From positions 1 through 64,000 of the forward strand of contig JBHIAE010000005.1 of assembly GCA_046758445.1 (NCBI GenBank): 64,000 nucleotides of DNA. Reading direction: 5' to 3'. A program made the position numbers and the translations under genes. Below, piece by piece: positions 49,571 through 59,436 of the stretch. Below the pieces are notes generated by a model, which was not told the DNA's origin, did not search any database, and saw nothing but the letters and a program-made list of their open reading frames with translations. How positions within the stretch are numbered: position 1 is the stretch's first letter; each line of letters begins with the position of its first letter. Source of the DNA: Candidatus Thorarchaeota archaeon (GTDB lineage Archaea; Asgardarchaeota; Thorarchaeia; Thorarchaeales; Thorarchaeaceae).

Positions 49571-50356
49571 TTGACTGAACCGAACGGACATAGAACTACA
49601 CTGAGGGAATGGCTTGCGGCTCACGCACGCTCTGAGCCAGTCCATTATAGGAAGATTGCTGAAGCTTTAGGCAGAGATGCTGCATCCGTTTCAGCATCGC
49701 TCTCAATTGAGCGAAAGCAAGCTGAGGAAGACAATCGGCCGCCTTACTTCGTCCGAGTCGGATCTGGACTATATCAGTACAATGATCTATGCGAAGGGGC
49801 TGTCGACGAGGACCTCATCAGGGAGGTCCGGGCTCGCGCCGACGAGTTCAATCTCGTTACGCGAAGGGAAATGCGGCAAAGAATCTCAAAGCTCAGCCTT
49901 GATAGTTTCGAAGAGCTCGCTAAGATAGTCCTTCTGAATATCCGTGCCCGTGTAGAAGAGGCGAGGGTGGTCCGAAGGTATGACAATACGGTAGTAATGA
50001 CTGTATCTTGGCGAGATGATGGTGGCCGTTCTCCTGTTGTGGTCTATGCGAAGAAGTGTAGATTCGATGAGAAGATCGAGAGCGATACGATACTGGAGAT
50101 TCGAGGTTCCTTGCCGACCTACCAGGCAAACCAAGGTGTACTAATAACCAATGGCATTGTATCCGCTCAGGCAAAGAGTGAGGCATTGGGATATGCTGGT
50201 ACCGATGTGAAGGTTTCCGTGCCTCCAGTCCACTTGATGGATATCGACATTCTACTGAATGTGCTTCTCGAGAGCAGGACTGGTGTCAGAACGAGAAGCG
50301 TGGAAGTGCTGCTCCCGGACGATGAGTTCTGGGAACACTTGACGAGCCGGGGCTAG
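49571..50356 (+). CDS. HARE-HTH plus Mrr-like restriction-endonuclease-fold protein, probably inactive
   Basis: HYRKIAE...SVSASL...FVRVGSGLY HTH; FEEL, VYAKK, GVLITNG, VHLMD Mrr_cat pattern. Confidence 0.75.
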   Translation: MTEPNGHRTTLREWLAAHARSEPVHYRKIAEALGRDAASVSASLSIERKQAEEDNRPPYFVRVGSGLYQYNDLCEGAVDEDLIREVRARADEFNLVTRREMRQRISKLSLDSFEELAKIVLLNIRARVEEARVVRRYDNTVVMTVSWRDDGGRSPVVVYAKKCRFDEKIESDTILEIRGSLPTYQANQGVLITNGIVSAQAKSEALGYAGTDVKVSVPPVHLMDIDILLNVLLESRTGVRTRSVEVLLPDDEFWEHLTSRG

Positions 50357-50601
50357 TTCTCATAGCCATAACATTTTTATCAGGGGTCAGGTGGAGCACA
50401 GTCAGTTTTCGGCTCATTGCGGCTTCGAGGCAAGAGATTTGTTTTTGTCGATTCGATTCTCGACAATTCCTAGATGATTGTTAATCTTTCATAATCAAAA
50501 CGCGCCTTAAGGTTTTAATAGAGGAGACGCACTACTTCTGGTTCATCACGGAGAGAGAATTAACGATTCACCGTGAGAAAACAAATGGAGAAGAACGCAA
50601 A

Positions 50602-52143
50602 ATGGGCGAGGAAGAAAAACTTCTTTTCGTGCGTGAAAGCTCCGGCCTAGTGAAGGAAGTAGGTACGGGCTTCGCCCTCATTCTTCCGATAGCACTGACT
50701 CTTGGACCGTGGTTCCACTACTTCGGACCGCAGGTTTCAACCTGGTATGCAGGCGCGCATCTCATACCGATGTACTCCATCGGTGCAGCAATTGTCTTCT
50801 TTGAGGCAATCAGCCTCATGGTCTTGATGCTTGCTATGCCGAGATCAGGAGCCTCCTACCACTTTACAGGTAGAGGTCTGAGTCCGATCTTTGGTGTTAT
50901 GGAAGGCTGGCGAAGTGTTATCACAAACCCCGTCTTCAGAGGCACTGGCAGCTTCTTTGCAGTACAAATCTTCGCAGGCGGTCTTACTGTTGTTGGAACA
51001 GCAACCGGCAACACCGGTCTTGTAGACGCAGCAGCATACCTAGGATCAGATCCCATTGCGCTATTCGTAGCAGCAGCCGCGATGATCTTCATTGGATTCA
51101 TCTTTAGCTATCTCAGCGTCAGGATGCTGGGCTGGTTTACGATAATCCTGGGAATCATCAGCATACTTGCGCTACTCGTAGCAGACATGGTTATGCTAGC
51201 GACTCCGATAACTCAGAGTGTCTGGGAGAATGCGATGGGTACCGGTACGTGGGCCCCAATAGCTGCATTTGACAATAGTGCCTATGTAACCTTTAAGCCG
51301 GCTGCGGTTGGCCCGGCGCTCCTTCTGACAGTTGGAGGTATGTGGCCATATCTGATAATGCCTGTAGCGGGTGAAGTGGCTCAGCCCAGTAGAAACATCC
51401 CCCTGAGCAATCTGGGAGGTTGGGCTGGTATCGCCTTCTTCTTCCTGCTGTCGGCCTTTGCGGTCGAGGTCAGCATGGGACCCTATCTGTACGGCATAAA
51501 CTCTGTCGGTGGAGTGTTCCCGGGATTCGGCAACTATGCTGCAGTAATCTTGGCTGACAACCCGCTGGCTTGGTTTGTGATACTATGTCCAATCTATGCG
51601 AGTGTGCTAGACTCCCCGAGCAATGCTCTGTGGGTAACTAGACCGATGCACTCCATGGCAATGGACAGGTTCTGTCCTGAGGCATTTGCTAGTGTCCATC
51701 CGAAGTATCATGTGCCACACATCACACTGTACTTCTGGCTGATACTGTCGCTAGGAACAGTTGCCTACGCTACTATCCTAGTGATGTTCTTCGGAACAGC
51801 ATTGTCAGCACTAATAGGCGTGGCCTTCACGTACGTGTTCATCAGATGGCAGATGCAGCTAGCTGCAGTGTCATTACCGTACTACCGGCCTACCTTATGG
51901 GAGCGAAGTGGTGCCTGGAAGTTCCTAGGTATACCGCTTGTGGCCATTGGTGGCCTTGTAGCTGGTGCAGCATTCTTCTATGCTATGATAGCATACATAC
52001 CTGATCCCAATGTCGCTTTCGAGGTCTGGTTCACCGTAATCGTGTATCTGATTGGTCAATTGGCATACATGTACTACGGAGCCAAGAACAAGGCCAAAGG
52101 CATAGAGATGTCTGCCATATTCGGACAACTTCCACCAGAGTAG
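50602..52143 (+). CDS. APC-family amino acid/polyamine permease
   Basis: FVRESSGLVKE, MPRSGASY, AGEVAQP, SMAMDR..PEAFASVHPKYHVP; 12+ TM. Confidence 0.9.
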   Translation: MGEEEKLLFVRESSGLVKEVGTGFALILPIALTLGPWFHYFGPQVSTWYAGAHLIPMYSIGAAIVFFEAISLMVLMLAMPRSGASYHFTGRGLSPIFGVMEGWRSVITNPVFRGTGSFFAVQIFAGGLTVVGTATGNTGLVDAAAYLGSDPIALFVAAAAMIFIGFIFSYLSVRMLGWFTIILGIISILALLVADMVMLATPITQSVWENAMGTGTWAPIAAFDNSAYVTFKPAAVGPALLLTVGGMWPYLIMPVAGEVAQPSRNIPLSNLGGWAGIAFFFLLSAFAVEVSMGPYLYGINSVGGVFPGFGNYAAVILADNPLAWFVILCPIYASVLDSPSNALWVTRPMHSMAMDRFCPEAFASVHPKYHVPHITLYFWLILSLGTVAYATILVMFFGTALSALIGVAFTYVFIRWQMQLAAVSLPYYRPTLWERSGAWKFLGIPLVAIGGLVAGAAFFYAMIAYIPDPNVAFEVWFTVIVYLIGQLAYMYYGAKNKAKGIEMSAIFGQLPPE

Positions 52144-52157
52144 AACGCACTTTAGCT

Positions 52158-52193
52158 GAAGAGAGCAGCAAGCTCTCTTCTCCCCTTTCTTTT
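52158..52193 (+). terminator. Hairpin plus pyrimidine/T tract after the APC permease
   Basis: GAAGAGAGC-AGCAA-GCTCTCTTC followed by TCCCCTTTCTTTT. Confidence 0.6.
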
Positions 52194-52309
52194 ATCATAT
52201 CAACAGCAGGACTACTCGGCACTCTATCGTACTGAATTGTCATCCGCCATAGCTAATGGAATTCCGTTCGATTCCGAGACTAGCAGACTGAGCTCTGAAG
52301 TGGCTACTC

Positions 52310-53236
52310 CTATTCAACGAAGTCATAGATAGGCGGGAACCTGTTTCTACTGGCTTTCGAGGAGAATGCGTCAAGGTCCTTCCAAGTCTTATGGAATCGT
52401 GACGGGAAGGATCTAGGTCTAATCAGAAGCAATTCATCGACATCCTCTGAAGCCCTATAAGATTCAAGAGCACTCTCTGCCTTGTCACAGAAATCGCGTC
52501 GGTCTTCGTTATCCAATACCTGTTGTCGATATGTATAGGAGTCCTCGTGCCACTCATAGCGGACTTCGAACTCGTAGTCGTCCGAGAAGACTCTCCTGAT
52601 TAGTTTCCATGGCCAGAATGTGGACATCTGTTCAAGTTGTTCTCCAGTTCCATAGAGGTCAATTGCCATTCCCTCTTTGCAGTAAACATAGTCTGGACCT
52701 CTCTCTCTGAACTTCTCGTTGGGCTTTGCCATGCGCCCTTTCTTAGCCCAATCATACCATTGGGCTCTCTTCTTACCAAGAACTTCACAGTTGTCCACGA
52801 TATATCTGACTGCAGCAGCTGTTCCGTGATGTGCCAATCCCGGTAGAGGCGGACGCTCTAGCCGTTTCTCCAAGAGGTCCAGAACTGTTGGCACGTCCTC
52901 AATCGGAATTGCGCCCCATATCGGAAAGAATGCCTGGCCTAAGGGCATCAAGTAGAGATACAACAAACCAGCGGTTCCAATCGGTTCGTAGCCTTCTGGT
53001 AACTCTTCATCCACTGGCCACGTTTTGTCGCCTTTACAGTAGAGCACATTACATACCTCAAATGAAACGACTTCATCCAGGTTTGCATCAAACATTGCTT
53101 CATACTGCTTTTTCCTCTTCTCGCGCGGCAAAATGAACCTCGCTTGTTGGCGATTGATCTGGACTTCGCTCTTCCTTTCACTGAAGGGGTCGATTCCTAG
53201 GTATTCAATATCCGGCAGTCTTTCATCTTTAGTCAT
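52310..53236 (-). CDS. Hypothetical protein
   Basis: 308-aa ORF, GGGGG upstream of ATG, no recognised motif. Confidence 0.65.
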   Translation of the reverse strand: MTKDERLPDIEYLGIDPFSERKSEVQINRQQARFILPREKRKKQYEAMFDANLDEVVSFEVCNVLYCKGDKTWPVDEELPEGYEPIGTAGLLYLYLMPLGQAFFPIWGAIPIEDVPTVLDLLEKRLERPPLPGLAHHGTAAAVRYIVDNCEVLGKKRAQWYDWAKKGRMAKPNEKFRERGPDYVYCKEGMAIDLYGTGEQLEQMSTFWPWKLIRRVFSDDYEFEVRYEWHEDSYTYRQQVLDNEDRRDFCDKAESALESYRASEDVDELLLIRPRSFPSRFHKTWKDLDAFSSKASRNRFPPIYDFVE

Positions 53237-53395
53237 TTCGTTGATGTCCCCCTGTCATTGGGAGTTCCAAACGGAGCACCAATATGAGGTCGTGGACCTG
53301 TTTCCGGATAGTACGCTCTTAAACGAAGCGGTTCTCACAATAGTAAACGTTATTTGACGGTTGTAACGAGGCTCCGAACAAGAGGACTTTTCACC

Positions 53396-54094
53396 ATGAG
53401 TCGTCGAAAAAAGCGAGAGAAGCGTGCGCCCTCGATTTCGCTTGACAACTTTGAGTTTGATCCTTCAGGACTTGACCTGAAGCACAGTAGGAACCTGATG
53501 ACCGTGCTGGATGCCTACCGCATCAACAGGACTTACGGCTTGGATTTCATCGACAAGGGGATCAAGGAGGGCAAGTTGCCAAGGTCCTTCATCCAGCAAT
53601 GGGGAACAATCAAGTCTGTTCTCCACAGATTAGCTGCTATTGGACCGAAAGTACCTGGAGTGGAGTCCTCTATGAATAGGCGACAGACCGTATCCTTTGC
53701 CGCAATGGCCCTGCTCACCATTACGGCACCAATGCTTCTGTTAACTTGGGTATTCCAGCTAGACGTTCTTCAGCCAATAGCTTTGCCGCTTGCAGTCGTT
53801 GCAATGGCCGTAGTCCTCATAAGCTGGCTCACATCTGCCTGGTACAATCGCAAAGTAGCATGGGCGATCCATAACTACTTGGAGGAGCACCCGGAGGTGG
53901 GAGCCAAGGAAAGACTCCACCTTCACAAGTGGGTTCAAGTCCTCATCTATCATACTGCTCGCTTGCTACGGATCGGCAATGTCGACCCTGAGAAGAAACT
54001 TGTCAAGTTCTTTAATGACGATTACAAGGGAATAATCGTGATGAAGGAACCACAGGGCATGAGAAAGAACTACGTTGTCAAGATCAGAGTATAG
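53396..54094 (+). CDS. Hypothetical two-TM membrane protein
   Basis: Basic N-terminus, two central TM helices; ATG 53396 with GAGGA upstream. Confidence 0.7.
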   Translation: MSRRKKREKRAPSISLDNFEFDPSGLDLKHSRNLMTVLDAYRINRTYGLDFIDKGIKEGKLPRSFIQQWGTIKSVLHRLAAIGPKVPGVESSMNRRQTVSFAAMALLTITAPMLLLTWVFQLDVLQPIALPLAVVAMAVVLISWLTSAWYNRKVAWAIHNYLEEHPEVGAKERLHLHKWVQVLIYHTARLLRIGNVDPEKKLVKFFNDDYKGIIVMKEPQGMRKNYVVKIRV

Positions 54095-54199
54095 GCTAAA
54101 GTACAAGGAGATACTCACAATGCAGTCCTAGATACAGCTCGATCAGTGTGAAGAGATGGTTAACCTATTAGTTTCAGTTGGACGTCATGCACTCCTGTT

Positions 54200-55315
54200 T
54201 CACACTAGATCTTCTATTGGTTTGTAGTCAAGGTCGAAATCAAAGTGCCTTGGACCCAGAACATTGAGTCCCTTAGGCTCCCGGAAGATCTTCTCAGCCT
54301 TCATCCCAATGACGCTGACTTCGTCGCCTTTCTTTATGTCTGTGTTAGTGATGGGCTCCCCAGAGTTTGCGTCGATTATCTCGATAATGTCTGGACTTGT
54401 CACCCAAGGCTTGCCATCTAGCCAAGTAATATGGTTCTCGTTCTTGAACCACACTTTCAGCTTGTTGCCCGGCTTCGCTCCACTTCCTTCAATCAGCGTT
54501 TCACCCCACATGTAGCCAGCACGATTTTCCCATTCCCTCTCAACTACCTTGCCCCTAAAGAGAACCCATCCACCGACACTCTCAATGATCTTGTCAGCCG
54601 GGTCATCTCCCGACTCTCGACTCTCTCGGATTATCTTACCCACTTTGTAGCTCTTTGAGAGGGTTCCCGGGATGATTGCTTCATGGAAGTCAGAACCCTT
54701 CAGAGGAAACGCAACGTTTCCAAGGCGACCCCATGCAACCTCACTCAAAGCCTTTGAGATGCGTTCACCCATCTCATAGTTGATGACATGCGTAACAACC
54801 GCCTTGTTCCCGTACCAATCGATGAGTGCCATGGGCGCCATGGAGAAGCCCTTTATGCAGACCGTGTTCTGGCATATCTCGGGAACCGCTCTTGCTGAGT
54901 AGTCTCCATCAACACACGGAATTCCATGCTTCACTGCAGCATCAATGGGTGCTGGTGTGTTCACTCCACCAAGCTCAAATGGAGCCGCGGCGGAGAATTT
55001 GATGTCCATGTACTCCTCAAGTGCAGCCAAGCCTGCAGCCAGCTCTTTCTCGTAGAAGTCCCAAGGAAATCGCGCGCGCAGGGCTTCTATCTTAGGAGTC
55101 GGGGGGGCAATTGTTCCTGAGTAATATGGACACGCCACCCAATTGTCATCCTTCACCCTGTCGACATCAATTATCTCGATTCGCGTTCCAGCATCTACAT
55201 GCGGATATAGCATGTTCAGCCCGAGTTCCTTGGAACCACCTCCGCCGGTCCCAAAGAACGTACAACCTATTGTGAGATCCTCAACATCTGTCCTAGTCTT
55301 CAAAACCAGTGTCAA
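54200..55315 (-). CDS. DUF917 family protein (paralogue 1)
   Basis: GCTFFGTGGGG, FELGGVNT, VDGDYSARAVPE, FKNEN, SPDII. Confidence 0.9.
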   Translation of the reverse strand: MTLVLKTRTDVEDLTIGCTFFGTGGGGSKELGLNMLYPHVDAGTRIEIIDVDRVKDDNWVACPYYSGTIAPPTPKIEALRARFPWDFYEKELAAGLAALEEYMDIKFSAAAPFELGGVNTPAPIDAAVKHGIPCVDGDYSARAVPEICQNTVCIKGFSMAPMALIDWYGNKAVVTHVINYEMGERISKALSEVAWGRLGNVAFPLKGSDFHEAIIPGTLSKSYKVGKIIRESRESGDDPADKIIESVGGWVLFRGKVVEREWENRAGYMWGETLIEGSGAKPGNKLKVWFKNENHITWLDGKPWVTSPDIIEIIDANSGEPITNTDIKKGDEVSVIGMKAEKIFREPKGLNVLGPRHFDFDLDYKPIEDLV

Positions 55316-55470
55316 TCAGACCCAGCCTCTGTTTAAGCTTGTTAAACTCCAGTTGACTCCACTGCTATATATTTCCAATGGAGAGAATGGACTGGTGTCA
55401 TTTACTAGGTGCCGTACAGAAGAAGGAAGGGAGGTGTTATGTGCACTCTCCCCACACGTGAAGGCCAGAC

Positions 55471-56412
55471 TTAGAGCTCAACTCGTCCTGCGTTAACCTT
55501 TCCATCCTCGATGTTGATTACGAAACCCTTCAGGATTCCCTCTCTGTACTCGGAGCCGGGATTGACACTGAGTGTTCTTCCTATTCTCCTGTACCCAACC
55601 GATTCATGGATGTGACCATGCATTCCGAGCAACGGTTGATACTTCTCTATGACTGCCCTGACGGATTTGCTACCTACAGGAACCATTAGTTCATGTGCGC
55701 CTGCCTTGGCCACTCTGTGGTCTTCAGTCAGCTGCGGCGCAACATCGAGCCCTGAGTTATATGGAGGGTCGTGAAAGTTGCATAGCACATTTGAGTAGTC
55801 ATCTGTTTCCAAGCGGGCAAACTCTGCTTCCAGCTTTTCCAAGAGTTCCTCATCAGGGCATTCTCTGTGAGTGTCCCATGGAGTGGAGTTGACCCATTCC
55901 AAGCTTATCATAGGGTAGCCTCGCACATCGATGACTTTCTTGAGAGGATAGATCACTCTCGGGTCCTTCGCGATGACCTCATCGATGGAGTAATCGTCAT
56001 CATTCCCCGGATTGACTACAACCATTACTTCCTCTGGGATTCTCTCATTAGCCATGTCCATCCATTCTTGGATTCTCTCAACCATCAGAACTTGGAAGAG
56101 CTTGGTGATTGATCCCGGAGTTTCTCGAAGCTGAGCAAGCTCTTCCTGAGTAAGGATCTTAGGGTAGTATCCCTCATCCTTTGTGAACTTGATGAAGTTA
56201 TCGAGATCTTTCTGCTTCTTGAATGTCTTTTTGCTGCCATGCGGTTGTACATACCATCTATCTTCTTTCTCTTGAATGATGGGCATTATCGCTTTACCAG
56301 TGAGATCTCCACACATCATCGCAACATCAGCCTTGAAGACCTTAGGAGCACGGCACATCTTCTCCCAAGTCTGTTGTGATCCGTGCGGGTCCGCAGCTAG
56401 GAATATCCTCAT
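55471..56412 (-). CDS. Metallophosphoesterase (Icc-related, COG2129-like)
   Basis: DPHG, GDLTGK, PGNDD, HDPP, HGHIHES, NPGSEY. Confidence 0.9.
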   Translation of the reverse strand: MRIFLAADPHGSQQTWEKMCRAPKVFKADVAMMCGDLTGKAIMPIIQEKEDRWYVQPHGSKKTFKKQKDLDNFIKFTKDEGYYPKILTQEELAQLRETPGSITKLFQVLMVERIQEWMDMANERIPEEVMVVVNPGNDDDYSIDEVIAKDPRVIYPLKKVIDVRGYPMISLEWVNSTPWDTHRECPDEELLEKLEAEFARLETDDYSNVLCNFHDPPYNSGLDVAPQLTEDHRVAKAGAHELMVPVGSKSVRAVIEKYQPLLGMHGHIHESVGYRRIGRTLSVNPGSEYREGILKGFVINIEDGKVNAGRVEL

Positions 56413-56637
56413 ATCATTACCTCGCCTATTTGTCTTCGTGAATCCTGTCAGAGTTCATTGACTTGACAATATCAGATTGTCGATTCGAGAGAAAGCGTCG
56501 GTTTAAAATCTAATGGTACAACAGCTTTTACTAACTTTAAGATAGCACGACAGTCGTGCCATGGCACAACATATTAATGTCATCCATCTACCTCTTCGAC
56601 GATAGTTCAGATTACCATCTTTGAGGTGAGGACGCAT

Positions 56638-57438
56638 TTGACAGGTAAGTACGGCCCGATTCTCGAGGACTTCTTGGAGGAAGCGATGAGACTGGAGAAA
56701 GCGGCCGAGGAGCATAAGATACCTCTTCGGCTTATTGGATGCCTGGCATTCAGAATAAAGGCTCCAGAATACGTCGATCTACACCGGAGCATGGGACGGG
56801 AAGTCACAGACATTGATTTCATTAGTTACTACAAACATCACAAGAAGCTACGGAACTTGTTCAGGGACGAACTAGGATACCATTGGGTGCCTCCAGGTTT
56901 CGCACGTGCAACAACACTTAGAGACCTCTTCATTGACAGAGAGCGTGAAAGGAAGGTGGATGTCTTCTATGATTTTCTTGATTTCAACCATAATATCGAC
57001 TTCAAGAAGAAAGACAGACTGTGGGTTGATGAGCCAACTATAGCGTTGGCTGAGCTCTTCCTAGAGAAGACACAGATTGTTGAGATCAATGCCAAGGACT
57101 TGAAGGATCTTGTGATAACCTTCCTTGCCCACGACGTATCCGCTGAACATGACGATACCCAAGTAAATGGTCATTACATAGCCAGTCTTCTCTCTGATGA
57201 CTGGGGTTTCTACTACACGGTGACTACTAATCTCAAGAAGCTTGTTGACTTTGTTCCAACAATCGAACAGCTCAATCAGGAACAAAAGGATCTCGTGATA
57301 TCCCGCGCACAGAAGCTGTGGGACATCATTGAAGAAACACCAAAGACACGAAAATGGAACAGACGCGCCGCGGTGGGCGCCAAGAAACGCTGGTTCAAGG
57401 TAGTACACTCGATGGAAGGAACGAGAAACGCGGAGTAG
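56638..57438 (+). CDS. Nucleotidyltransferase-fold hypothetical protein
   Basis: LRLIGCLAF...REVTDIDF (hG-x-A...RxxxDhD), KVDVF, EKTQIVEINAKDLKD; TTG start after GAGGTGA. Confidence 0.75.
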   Translation: MTGKYGPILEDFLEEAMRLEKAAEEHKIPLRLIGCLAFRIKAPEYVDLHRSMGREVTDIDFISYYKHHKKLRNLFRDELGYHWVPPGFARATTLRDLFIDRERERKVDVFYDFLDFNHNIDFKKKDRLWVDEPTIALAELFLEKTQIVEINAKDLKDLVITFLAHDVSAEHDDTQVNGHYIASLLSDDWGFYYTVTTNLKKLVDFVPTIEQLNQEQKDLVISRAQKLWDIIEETPKTRKWNRRAAVGAKKRWFKVVHSMEGTRNAE

Positions 57439-57479
57439 CATCAGCCTGAGATTTCCCGGCGAAAGAGGAGAGAGAATCA

Positions 57480-58598
57480 ATGGAGATGTCCAAACAGAAT
57501 GCGTACGACATGCTAACTGGAGTTGGAATACTAGGTACTGGCGGTGGGGGTGACCCTGTAGCCTTCGGAAAGCCAATGGTTGATTGGGACTATGAGCGCG
57601 GCAGAGTGTATGAACTGACGCCCCCGGACGAGATTAGAGATGACGCCTTTATCGTCTGCGGCGGATACATGGGTTCTGTCCAAGCGTTCACCTCCATCGG
57701 GGACATGCTGGAAGCTTGGGAGGAGAGGTACGAGCTTCACGAGGCCATGAAGATCTCAGAGAGAATCTCAGGAAAGAAGGTCAACCATCTTGTTCCCTTC
57801 GAGCTCGGAGGCACGAACACAACAGTGATGCTCTCACTGGCCGCGAGAGCTGGCATTACAACGGTTGATGGTGATGGTCTCGGCCGGTCTGCTCCAGAGA
57901 GCCAGATGATTACATTTGTTGGCTATGGAATCGAGCTTTGCCCGATGCCACTCGTCACCAAGAATGGAAGTGTCGTAGTAGTGGACAAGGCGACATCCCC
58001 TGCACTGGCTGATGAGATTGGCAGGTTTGCTGTGGTTCAAGACGGTGGAGCTGGTGCCAACAATCACTACCATCAGACTGGAGCACAGCTGAAGAAGGCA
58101 GTCATTCCGAACAGCATCACCAAATCAGTCGAACTCGGTGAGGCAATTGATGATGCCAACAAGAGTGGAAAGAATCCGATAGATGCTTTCCTAGACATCA
58201 TGGGTGGACAGACGCTCACTCACGGACGAGTCGAGGAGGTCAAGGGTGAAGACCGTGCCGGACATTGGCATGTACGTGTCAGAATCAAACCGGAGAGTCT
58301 GAAAGGCCGTTTCGAGGTTGTTGTCAAGAATGAATACATGATGGCTATGAGCGATGGGAATCCTGTTGTGATGTTCCCTGATCTCATTTGCATGCATTAC
58401 CCTGATACTGGTCATGGTGTGATGAGTGCCTCACTGAAGGAAGGCATGGATGTTGTTGTCACGGCTGTTCCGGCCCACGAGAGGCTTCGATATGCGGGAA
58501 GTACTGATATCGGTAGGAAGGCCTTCTCACCTGAAAGGTATGGTCACCCTGAGCATGAATACAGACCGATGGAAGAGATTATCGGGAATCTTGCATAA
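57480..58598 (+). CDS. DUF917 family protein (paralogue 2)
   Basis: GILGTGGGG, FELGGTNT, VDGDGLGRSAPE, KNEY, FPDLI. Confidence 0.9.
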   Translation: MEMSKQNAYDMLTGVGILGTGGGGDPVAFGKPMVDWDYERGRVYELTPPDEIRDDAFIVCGGYMGSVQAFTSIGDMLEAWEERYELHEAMKISERISGKKVNHLVPFELGGTNTTVMLSLAARAGITTVDGDGLGRSAPESQMITFVGYGIELCPMPLVTKNGSVVVVDKATSPALADEIGRFAVVQDGGAGANNHYHQTGAQLKKAVIPNSITKSVELGEAIDDANKSGKNPIDAFLDIMGGQTLTHGRVEEVKGEDRAGHWHVRVRIKPESLKGRFEVVVKNEYMMAMSDGNPVVMFPDLICMHYPDTGHGVMSASLKEGMDVVVTAVPAHERLRYAGSTDIGRKAFSPERYGHPEHEYRPMEEIIGNLA

Positions 58599-58657
58599 TT
58601 CATAGGAGAGGGACACACGCTGTCCCTACGCATTCTATTGCCTGCTGGTGGTGGATA

Positions 58658-59422
58658 ATGAAACGCATTGCTCTGATTGGAGCGACTGGAGTTGATTGGT
58701 GGGAAGACGAGAAGAAGAGGTCATTTGTTGAGTTGCATACCCCCGAGGGGTATAGCATAGACAACTTCACACCCCGATATGGAACTCACAGTGTAGAGTC
58801 TTTTGTCGATGAGGCATACAACGCACCGTTCATCCTCGAACAGGTAGTAAGAGCCAGCAGAGAGGGCTATGATGCCATAGTGATTGACTGCGCCTGCGAT
58901 CCGATACTTGAAGCTGCACGAGAGGTCACGACAATTCCAGTTGTAGGTCCCAGGAATTCTTCACTTCATGTTGCTTTGACTCTGGGTACGAGATTCAGCA
59001 TCATCACGGTTCAGGGTGAGTCTCTAAGGCGATGTCAGGAAGCAGGTGTGAGAAAGGAGGACCTTGAGCAGTTCTGCGCGAGTGTCCGGTACTTCACTAT
59101 GTCCGTTCTAGACATAGCAGAGCGCCCTGAAGCAGCTCAGAAGGAAATCCTTGAGCTTTGCAAGCTGGCCGTGAACGAGGACGGCGCAGATGTTGTGGTT
59201 CTTGGGTGTACGGGCCTCTCTCATCAAGTCGATTTGAATCCCATCATGGAAGAAGTGGGGATTCCAGTACTTGATCCATTTGTCATCGCTATTCGAATGG
59301 CCCATCTGTTAGTTGAATCAGGTCTCCGTCATAGCAAGGTGGCATACCCAACTCCTCCAAAAAAGGGCATTACAGAAGCCCCAAGCCTCAAGGGTGCTTT
59401 TGATGATGCACTGAAGCAGTGA
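58658..59422 (+). CDS. Asp/Glu/hydantoin racemase family protein
   Basis: GYDAIVIDCACDP, AAREV..IPVVG, VVLGCTG (two catalytic Cys). Confidence 0.9.
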   Translation: MKRIALIGATGVDWWEDEKKRSFVELHTPEGYSIDNFTPRYGTHSVESFVDEAYNAPFILEQVVRASREGYDAIVIDCACDPILEAAREVTTIPVVGPRNSSLHVALTLGTRFSIITVQGESLRRCQEAGVRKEDLEQFCASVRYFTMSVLDIAERPEAAQKEILELCKLAVNEDGADVVVLGCTGLSHQVDLNPIMEEVGIPVLDPFVIAIRMAHLLVESGLRHSKVAYPTPPKKGITEAPSLKGAFDDALKQ

Positions 59423-59436
59423 GCAGTCCAGGTCGA

